Shown here piece by piece: positions 37,462 to 47,000 of a stretch of 64,000 bases of DNA (position 1 is the first letter of the stretch; the number at the start of each line of letters is the position of its first letter). This DNA is from a virus: positions 1 to 64,000 of the IMG/VR virus record IMGVR_UViG_3300020536_000010. One strand, written 5' to 3'. Made by a program: the position numbers and the translations under genes. Under the pieces are notes generated by a model that saw only the letters and a program-made list of their open reading frames with translations, was not told the DNA's origin and did not search any database.

Positions 37462-37910
37462 TGGCATGTGGAGACAAAACAGACTTTGCATTTCCAATGG
37501 AAGCAGATATATTTTACCCAATAGTTGAGCAGGGTCCGCTTGGCAATGTTAAGAAAAATTGGATTTTAGATAGAACAATTGCATGTAACTTTAATACTAC
37601 TGGAACAGCCTGGAAAGAAGAAGTAAAGCCAAACGTTGATCTTACTCAAGATAACATTATGCTAGGCAGAACTAAAGAAGATTTAAGAATCTCAAGCAGA
37701 CAGGCCAGCAATGCAATAACAAATGTTATTGTTACAAACATAAGAGATAAAAACTGCAATCCTTTATACATAGAAACATCTGGCCCAAGAAAGGGAAAGT
37801 CTACTATATTTGAAATTGCAACAAATCAACCTTTTGTTGGTCCATTTGGAAGTGTTGAATATTATAAAATAGTCATTCGTAGATCAGAAAATCAGGCGGC
37901 AGATATATAA
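37461..37910 (+). CDS. head closure / stopper
   Basis: Synteny and size. Confidence 0.55.
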   Translation: MACGDKTDFAFPMEADIFYPIVEQGPLGNVKKNWILDRTIACNFNTTGTAWKEEVKPNVDLTQDNIMLGRTKEDLRISSRQASNAITNVIVTNIRDKNCNPLYIETSGPRKGKSTIFEIATNQPFVGPFGSVEYYKIVIRRSENQAADI

Positions 37911-38578
37911 TGATAGCCTTAAAAATTAATAATAAACAGTTTATGAGAGATATGGACAACACCATTGGTTACATGTTTGGTTTTATTGACGGAGTAAAGC
38001 AAGGCTTCCCGTCATTTTTAAGACAGCTTGGTGCCATCTCAGTAGAGGGTTTAAAACAATATATTGATTCTAATGCCAGGGTAAATCCACAGCTAATGCA
38101 TCACGTATACGAATGGTATCAAACTGGTTCACCAGACGCTAGATTGTTCGATATATCATATATAGTAAATGGGGCAGGTCTTTCTTTTAATTCTACATTT
38201 AGACAATCTATATCTGTAAAGAATGGCTCAAAAGTTCCATTTTATAATAAAGCAGAAATTATGGAAAATGGCATTCCAGTAACCATTGTTCCAAAACAAA
38301 GAGTCCTTGTTTTTGAGGAAAACGGTGAGGATATATTTACATCTAAACCAGTTAGAGTTGACAATCCTGGTGGAGAAGTTGAGGGGGAATATAAAAAAGT
38401 GTTTGATTCATTTTTTAGCAGATACTTTAGACAATCATTTTTAGAAATTACTGGAATAGCCAGTTATTTGCGTAACCCAAGGGACTTTAGTGTAAACTTT
38501 AGTTCTGGTAAAAGAGGCGGAAGATCTAGAGGAATTAATGTTGGACAAAAGTGGATTCAGAGGGCGGGCTTAGTATAA
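37910..38578 (+). CDS. neck / tail completion protein
   Basis: Synteny. Confidence 0.5.
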   Translation: MIALKINNKQFMRDMDNTIGYMFGFIDGVKQGFPSFLRQLGAISVEGLKQYIDSNARVNPQLMHHVYEWYQTGSPDARLFDISYIVNGAGLSFNSTFRQSISVKNGSKVPFYNKAEIMENGIPVTIVPKQRVLVFEENGEDIFTSKPVRVDNPGGEVEGEYKKVFDSFFSRYFRQSFLEITGIASYLRNPRDFSVNFSSGKRGGRSRGINVGQKWIQRAGLV

Positions 38579-39156
38579 TGGCAATATCTTACCCACCTAT
38601 ATTTATTAATGATTATCTGTCTCAGAAAATACCATCAGCTCTTGGCAGAGAGAGGTTTACTGCTGGAATCATGAGATTTTTCCCAACAGCCCCAACAGAC
38701 TTGCAGGCCCTAACTGAAACATTTCCAGAAGCATCTGCAGATGTTTTTGCAGTTTATGACAGAATGTTTAAAATGCGTAGACGAGCATTCCCTCATATCA
38801 AGGATGAGCAGTTGCTTTATTATTTTTACAAAATGCATAGCGATCCAGAAGCTCTTATTTTTGCAACTCAGGTAGTCCAAGACTTGCTAGATCGTGGAGA
38901 TGAGTCAGCAGCAGACCTTAACGAGTGGATTATGAGCAGTCCAGATTATGACCCAATAACTGGGCTATACAAAGAAGAGTTTCTACCCGTATTTTTTCAT
39001 GATATCAAGATCTACCAGCTAGAAGAAACTAGAGACATTATTGACTTTGGAACAGCTAGGACTTATGCTGGAAACAAGATAATTATTGACTATTGCTATC
39101 ACACTAAAGGCTATTCTACAGGAAGTTCCTCATATAACGATACTGCTATTCGATAA
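38578..39156 (+). CDS. tail terminator-like protein
   Basis: Synteny before tail tube gene. Confidence 0.5.
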   Translation: MAISYPPIFINDYLSQKIPSALGRERFTAGIMRFFPTAPTDLQALTETFPEASADVFAVYDRMFKMRRRAFPHIKDEQLLYYFYKMHSDPEALIFATQVVQDLLDRGDESAADLNEWIMSSPDYDPITGLYKEEFLPVFFHDIKIYQLEETRDIIDFGTARTYAGNKIIIDYCYHTKGYSTGSSSYNDTAIR

Positions 39157-39224
39157 AAGACTGGTATAATTAAGCTGAGGAAACATCGCCCACTTATTCC
39201 ATATAGAAAAAAGAGGTGAAAATT

Positions 39225-39848
39225 ATGGCATATACACGTGGTTCAAGTAACAACATTATCGTTGGTGCAGCAGCCCTCTTCACATATGAAGATGGTTTGC
39301 TAGCCGACGGCGACTTGCCAGCATATGTAGATGACGTGTCTTACAAGACAACGCTATCTGCTGATGCTGACTTCCGCAACGTTGGTTACACAATGAACGG
39401 TCTAGAGATCGTCTTCCAGCCTGACTTTGGTGAGGTACAGGTTGACCAGGTTCTAGACGTTGCTAAGCTATACAAGCAGGGTATGCAGGTTAACCTGAAT
39501 ACTACCTTTGCAGAATCTACACTAGAGAATCTTCTCTTTGCTGTAGCTGGAAAGGACTCTGACCTGACTACCGTTGCAGGAAATCCAACAATGAACCTGT
39601 CCGCAGGTGACATTGGTGAATGTCCAGTAGAGCGTGGTCTAGTTGCAGTTGGTCCAGGCACTGGTGACTGTGCAGCTTCCGACCAGATTGAGCGTGTTTA
39701 CGTTGCTTACCGTGCACTCTCTATTGAGAGCGTAACAGTGGGTGCAAAGCGTGACGAAGCTACAATGTTTGAAGTTTCGTTCCGTCTGCTTCCAAATGAT
39801 GACGCATCATACGGAAAGATTGTGGACCGTACAATCCCAGCTAGCTAA
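39225..39848 (+). CDS. major tail (tube) protein
   Basis: NIIVGAA, VGYTMNGL, VDQ, FAESTLENL; terminator follows. Confidence 0.85.
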   Translation: MAYTRGSSNNIIVGAAALFTYEDGLLADGDLPAYVDDVSYKTTLSADADFRNVGYTMNGLEIVFQPDFGEVQVDQVLDVAKLYKQGMQVNLNTTFAESTLENLLFAVAGKDSDLTTVAGNPTMNLSAGDIGECPVERGLVAVGPGTGDCAASDQIERVYVAYRALSIESVTVGAKRDEATMFEVSFRLLPNDDASYGKIVDRTIPAS

Positions 39849-39869
39849 ACCTAGCTTATAACTTAATAG

Positions 39870-39908
39870 AACTGCCCTAGCAATTGGTTGCTGGGGCAGT
39901 TTACTTTT
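39870..39908 (+). terminator. terminator after tail tube gene
   Basis: AACTGCCCTAGCAA-ttgg-TTGCTGGGGCAGTT then T-rich. Confidence 0.8.
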
Positions 39909-39922
39909 GGTATAATAGTATG

Positions 39923-40618
39923 ATGGCCACTAGAGTGTATGAAACAGCAATTATCAAGCTAATAGATGGCACTCTAATTGAAATATCCCCATTAAAAATT
40001 AAATATTTAAGACAATTTATGGATGCCTTTGAGTTTGTAAAAACTGCCAAAGATGACGACGAGGCCATATTTTTTCTTTCTGAATGTGCAAGGCTTTGCA
40101 TGCAACAGTATTATCCATTAATAAAAACAATATCTGAGTTAGAAGATAATATTGATTTAAAGACTATTTATAAAATTATTGATATTGCAGCTGGGGTAAA
40201 AATTCAAAAAGAAAGCAATAAAGAAGTTAAAGATCAAGCAATTAGTAGTGGGGCAGATTGGTCTGGGCTAGATCTTGTTAAGCTAGAGGCTGAGGTATTT
40301 TTAACTGGTATTTGGAAAAATTATGAAGAAATGGAAGCAAGCATTTCGATGCCAGAACTAACGTCTATCTTAGAAACAAAAAGAGAGCTTGAGTATAATG
40401 AAAAAAAGTTTTTTGCAGCAATACAAGGAGTTGATTTAGATAAGCAAACAGGAAAGTCTGATTCAAATGCTTGGGAAAAACTTAAGGCAAAAGTGTTTAG
40501 CAAAGGAAAGACTAGCGATCCAAATGACATAATTTCCCTTCAGGGGGATGCTGCCAAAAGGGCTGGGTTTGGTATTGGTATGGGTCTGGGGTATGAAGAT
40601 TTAACCAAAAAAACATAG
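39923..40618 (+). CDS. tail assembly chaperone, long (GT-like) form
   Basis: N-half aligns with 40669 ORF; C-half WKNYEEMEASISMPEL; lies between tube and tape measure. Confidence 0.7.
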   Translation: MATRVYETAIIKLIDGTLIEISPLKIKYLRQFMDAFEFVKTAKDDDEAIFFLSECARLCMQQYYPLIKTISELEDNIDLKTIYKIIDIAAGVKIQKESNKEVKDQAISSGADWSGLDLVKLEAEVFLTGIWKNYEEMEASISMPELTSILETKRELEYNEKKFFAAIQGVDLDKQTGKSDSNAWEKLKAKVFSKGKTSDPNDIISLQGDAAKRAGFGIGMGLGYEDLTKKT

Positions 40619-40668
40619 TGTCTATGCTATAATTATTAAAGCCAAAAGCCTTTAGGGAGGAATTAATA

Positions 40669-40980
40669 ATGGCAATTACCGTAAGCGAAGAAAAAACAAT
40701 TAAACTATTAGATGGACAGGAAATTACAATTAGGCCTTTGAAGGTTTCCCTTCTAAGACCATTTTTGAAAAAGTTCCAAGCTATCCAGGATGTTGCAGAA
40801 GACAATGAGAAGTCAATGGATCTTTTGCTAGAGTGTGTCCAGATTGCTATGCAGCAATTTAAACCAGAGCTAGCTGAGGACATCAAGGCACTAGAAGAGG
40901 TTTTGGACCTTCCAACAGTCTATAAGATTGTTGAAGAGGCATCTGGAAACTCAACTATTTTTGGTGCATTAAACAAGTAA
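40669..40980 (+). CDS. tail assembly chaperone, short (G-like) form
   Basis: IKLLDG..I.I.PLK...LDLPTVYKI; own promoter and GGGAGG RBS. Confidence 0.7.
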   Translation: MAITVSEEKTIKLLDGQEITIRPLKVSLLRPFLKKFQAIQDVAEDNEKSMDLLLECVQIAMQQFKPELAEDIKALEEVLDLPTVYKIVEEASGNSTIFGALNK

Positions 40981-41011
40981 ATATGATTTAGCAACTAGGA
41001 GGTGCTGATGA

Positions 41012-44000
41012 ATGGCTGATGATATTAGATCTGACATTAGAATTGGTGTCGATACGTCCCAGGCTATTGCAGAAATTAAGCAGCTGCAAAGACAAATATC
41101 TCAGCTAAATACTCAGCTAATCAAAAGTGGTGCCCAGCAGGCACAATCTGCACAAAATATTCAAAGAGATTTAATTAAAAATATTAATTCTACTGGAAAG
41201 TTTGCAGCAAATGTAAGAACAATTTCTACAACGGCAGAATCATTTACAACTGCTCTTGAAAGAAATAAACTCTCTATGGGGGAGTATTTTAGATATGCTG
41301 GTGCCTCTACAAAAACATTTGGCAGATTATTCAAAAATGAATTTGCCACTATTGAAAAAGTTGCTCGTGAAAGAGTAAAAACTCTTCAGACTCAGTATAT
41401 AAAGCTAGGTCGTGACGCTAATGGTGCTATGAAGGCCATTTCGGTACGACCTTTAGCTTTAGATATGGAAAGCCTTGCAACCAAAACAGCTCTTGCAGCT
41501 CAAAGGCAGCAATTATTTAATCAACTTCTTAAGCAAGGCTCTACAAATCTTTTAAATTTTGGTAAAAATACCCAGTGGGCTGGTCGTCAGCTTATGGTTG
41601 GTTTTTCTATTCCACTTGCTTATATGGGTGCAGCTGCTGCTAGAGAATTTAGAAAAATAGAAGAACAAGCCATTAGATTCAAGCGTGTTTATGGAGATGC
41701 TTTTTCAACTCAAGCAGAAACAGACAAAGCTTTAGAAAACATGAAACAGCTTGCAGATGAATTTACAAAATACGGTATTGAAGTAAATAAAACTTTAGAG
41801 TTAGCAGCCGATGTTGCCCAGATGGGTCTTAAGGGTGCAGATTTACGTGCACAGGTAACAGAGGCTACTAGGCTTGCAGTCCTTGGTGAGGTAGAACAGC
41901 AAGAGGCTATGGCAGCTACAATTTCTGTTACAAATGCATTTGGAACAGCAGCAGAAGACCTGGCTGAAAAAATAAACTTTTTAAACGCAGTTGAAAACGA
42001 AACCGTGACTGCAATTCAAGATTTAACTATTGCTATTCCAAAAGCTGGTCCAGTAGTTAAGCAGCTGGGTGGAGATGTGGAAGACTTGGCATTCTTCCTA
42101 ACAGCCATGAAAGAGGGCGGCATTAATGCATCAGAAGGTGCTAACGCACTAAAGTCTGGTCTTGCATCTTTAATTAATCCAACCGATAAAGCAGCAGCGA
42201 TGCTTCAAGGATTTGGAATTAATCTTAGACAAATTGTTGAAGTGAATAAAGGAAATGTTACTGGCATTGTTATTGACTTTGCTAAAGCACTTGATACCCT
42301 AGATCCACTTAGCCGTGCAAGAGCTATAGAGCAGTTATTTGGAAAATTCCAGTTTTCTAGGCTCTCAACGTTGTTTCAGAATGTTGTAAAAGAAGGAACT
42401 CAGGCATCAAAAGTTTTGGCACTAGCTAGCAAAGATGCTGGGGAGTTGGCCATTATTGCAGAACGAGAATTAAAGCGTGTTGAAGAGTCCCCATTATTTA
42501 AGTTTCAAAAACAACTTGAAAAATTCCAGGCTGCACTAGCCCCATTAGGAGAGCAATTTTTAAAGGCAATAACACCATTGCTTGAGTTTGGAACGGATGT
42601 TCTTAAAAACTTTAATAATATGAGCGAAGGGGCTAAACAGTTTGCAGTAATAGCAGCTACAGTTGTGGCAGGTATAGGTCCAGTATTTTTGATGATGTTT
42701 GGTCTTATTGCTAATGGTGCTGCAAACATTATTAAGCTTTTTGCCAATTTAGCAAGAATATTTACTGGAGTTGGAAAAAACTCTAAAGACTTGGGCATAT
42801 CAACAGAATATATGACCCAGCAGCAACTAGAAGCTGCAGCTGTAGCAGCATCTCTTAATCAAACACACTCTAAGTTAATTCAAACATTTACTTCTGAGGC
42901 GGCAGCTATAGATAAGTTAGCAATTTCATATGGTAAAGCAATTCTTCAGCAGTCCAGACTTCTCGGTGTTGATCCAGTGACTGGAGTGCCACTTGGTGCT
43001 GGTCCAAAAGCAAGACCGCCTAAAAAATTAGCAAGGGGAATTGTTTCTGTTCCAGGTCCAAAAGGTGCAGGGGACGTTGTCCCAGCCATGCTATCTCCTG
43101 GAGAAGCAGTTATTCCAACCAAACAATCACAAAAATATGCTGGTTTAATCCAGGGTATGATAGATGACAATATTCCTGGATATAGTGTTGGTCGTAATCC
43201 ATTTGCAGGATTATTAAGAAAAAATCAAAATAATCCAATTGGAACAGTTTTAAACTTTATTTTGGGCAGAGGAAAATCACTTACAGAATACGAAGGGATG
43301 GCAGCTCGTAGATTTTTAAGGTCTCGTCCAAATATTGCAGTAAGAATGCCAATGGATAAGTTTAGTGAGCTTGCTTCTACCCCAGGCCAAAGATATAAGA
43401 GTCTTTTTGAAACAGGTTTTAGTAAAGCAGGAGATACCACAGCTAAAAGAGCACAGGCAGAGGCAAAGATTTTTGGTCTTCCAGAAAATATTGATCCATC
43501 AATGCGTCCAGTTTATGGGTACTTATATAAAAAAGAAAGAGGGCTTTATGATCCAAGACTTCCACTTAGGACAAGATTAGCTAATAAGCTTTTTGGAAGG
43601 GCTGGGTCATCAACACGTGGCAGTGAGTTAAGACATATATTTGGTTCTACTGGATCACTAATGAATCCAAAAACATTTAATTATGGCAATATTGCTATGC
43701 TTTTAAACAAGAGAAAAGTTGGAAAGCGTACAACATTTACTTTTGGAGACAGCTATCAGTCTCGCAATAATGAGTATGCAACGCCAGCACCTTTTGGCAC
43801 ATTAAGTGCAAGAAAAATAAAAGGTGCTTACACATCAAAGGATAAAGACTTCTTTGAGGCCCAGATTATGGGAGGATTTACTCTAAAAGATGTTAGAAGA
43901 ATTGTTGCTACAGAACCAGCTCTAATTCCACAAATTCAAAGAATATTGCAGGCCAATGGACTTAAAATTCCAGTAGGAATGCCAAGATTTTCCATGATGC

Positions 44001-47000
44001 AAAGACTTCAAAAGCTAGTTTATGGTAAAAAAATGTATGAAGAAAGACTTCCATTTACAGCCAAATATGGTCCAAAGGCTGGCAAATATACGATGCCACC
44101 AGTTAAAATTGGAAATAGAAGGGTTTGGCTAAATAATAGTTCTAGTGACGGCTTAGTTGGCACTGCTGTTAAAGACCAAACACAATCTAAAGCAAGAAGA
44201 GATCCACCATTATATTTTGATAAAAGCACATACTTGACGGCGGCTCATATGGAGCAGGCTGGGGTGTTAGGACAAAATCGCCAAGATTTTGAAAGAACTA
44301 TGCGAATGCATTTGGCAGATATGCGTAGAACTGGATTTATTAGTCAGGCAGAAGAAAGGCAGGCACAATCTAAGTTAGTTAATCTATTAGATACCTATCA
44401 GACAAAACAAAAAGCAGAAGTTTTTGCTAGCTATAGAGACAAGGTTGAATTTTTACCAAAAACTCTTAATCCAGAATTTGATACAACAAAAATACCTATT
44501 AAAGAATACATGAAAGATTTTTCTAGAATGCCAAAAGGATTAATAGGTTCTGGGATTTTGACAAGGATTCCTGATGATGCCAATATCCCAAATAAAGTAT
44601 TAAGAAGATATATTTTAACCTATAGAAAATCAGTGTTATCTTCAATAAAAGCACAAATGAATGCTGGAGCAACAGAATTAACAAATGAATCAATGTACCC
44701 AGCTTTCCAGGCAGCTGAACGCAAAGCTGAAATGTCAATTAAAGATCCAGGCATGAGAAGGCTTATACAACGAATTAATATGGAAAGCAATTTCCCAATG
44801 ACAATTGGTTACAATAAAGCAGGCGGCTCTGGATACTCAAGAGGAAGCTCAATTCTTAAAGAAAAATCTTATCAAAAGTTATTGCAAAAATTAAGAGAAA
44901 GAGGGGACTCAAGGCTTGAAGCTATTTTCCCAGGAATTCTAGATAAGGTTGACAAATATTATGTAAGTCAATCTAATATACAGGTTCCTAGAGATATGAA
45001 GGGGCAAATACAGCAATATATAGCAAATATGCCTGGAGGCAGAAATCAAAGAATTGCTACCTTAAATCAACTAATAGAAGATCTTCGTGGACTAACTCCA
45101 TCACAAAAAAGAGATGTGCTTAATAGGTTTATTTCTGGTCCAGTTCCTGATATAAAGCCAAAGACTAGTCTGCCATATCCAGTAAAGACACCTGTAGAAA
45201 GAAAAAAGGTAAGTCCAAAAAATTCATTTACAAATATAGACGATATAACTTCTCAAGCTTTTCTTCGCCGTAAAGGATTTTCTGTTGGATCACTAACAAG
45301 GATGCTATTGCCACTAATAGGACTTGCTGGCATTGCACAATTGTTCGGATCTAGTGGAGTTCTTAAAGCAGCAAACGGTGTGTTTTCAGTTCCAGGGCCA
45401 AAGGGTGCAGGCGACATAGTCCCTGCAATGCTTTCTCCAGGGGAATCAGTAATTCCTGCTAGACAATCAGCTAAATATGCCCCATTAGTTCAAGCAATGA
45501 TTAATGATAGCGTACCTGGATATAACGATGGTTTGCCTCCAAGTGTTGCAGCTAAAATGGGATTTAGAACACCAGCAGATGTTAATATTGCTAATTCACA
45601 AGAACTTGCAAAACAAACTGCAAAGGCAGGCGTATCGGAAAATCTTAAAAAAGCTGGAGCATTTGTTTCTAAAGTTGCCAAATCAACTGGGCAAAGGGCT
45701 ATTGCTGCAGCTAACAATTCTCCAGTTTTAGCAGCTTGGGCAGCAAAAACTTTTGGCAATGATATTGCAACTACTGGAGGAAGAACTTTTGAAGCAGGTA
45801 CTGGTGCAGAAATAAGGACAGATAAGCGTGGTATACAATATGGGTACATTCCTGGTCAGGGAAGAGTTTCTGTAGAGACTGCAAGAACAGCACAGGCAAA
45901 TGTCAACCAAGCTGCAGCCCCAAGAATGCCTGGTGCTGGAGCTGGCATGGGCCTTTCTGTGCTTGGTATGGGTGCAATGGCATATGGAATGTCTGGACAG
46001 CCAGGTTCTCAAATAGCTGGGGCACTCTCCATGCCATTAATGCTAGCCCCTATGCTTTTGCCAATGCTTGCAAATCCAATTGGCAAAGTCATCGCTGTTC
46101 TTGCATTATTTGCTGGAGCTATGTTCTTCTTACAAGAACAACTAAAAAATGCTCGCAAAGAAGGAATAAAAACTGCAGAGGCAATGACTATGACTGCAGA
46201 AAAACTACAAAAGATTTCTGAATTTTCTGGCAAGGTCACTGCGTCTGAACTAGCAGAGCGAAAGAGAGAAGATCAATTAACTGGTCAAGGATCTATAAAA
46301 CGTCAATTTGGTCAAACATTTTTAGAATCAGACATTGGCAAACAAATGCTAGCAGATGTTTCAAATATGCCTGGCAATAGAGCATCAAATATAGCCAATC
46401 AATTATCTTATGCAGTTCTTCAGGGTGCATTATCTCAACAGCAGGCAGCAAGCATTGGTGCCGCACTTAGTACTGAATTAAAAGATTTTTCAATTACAAC
46501 AAAAGTAACAGGTCAACTAGCTGCTTTATTTGGACCAAATGGTCAAAATTTACTAAAAGATCCTCTAGAAATTGCAATTGCTATCCAAGAGCAATCTGGC
46601 AGAGAGCAAGAAAAGTCCTATGAAAATGCAATTCAAAAAATAGAAGATAATGCAGCTATACATGGTGGAACTATTGGAAACTTAATTGGCGGCGGCATTA
46701 TGACTGCCGCTGGTGCAGTTATGGTTGCCACAGGATTCCTTGCACCATTAGGTCTTGCAATTAGTGCAGCTGGAATAGGAACTATGGTTGCATCTGGAAT
46801 TAATGAGGGGGTTGCAGATGGGATTGAAAATGCAAAAGCTGCAGCTATTGCAATTATTGCTGGAACAGAGCAGATTCGACAAAATCAAGGGCTGCTGGAT
46901 TCAGTAGAAAGTAGATATAATACCCAAATTGATGAACTAGAAGCTAAAAAAGAATCTGCAAAAACAGATAAAGAACGTTTAGAAATAGAAGATAAAATAA

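Noticed and set aside
39923-41012. Programmed frameshift in the tail chaperones
   Set aside because: The long form is already one open frame and the short form is a separate downstream gene
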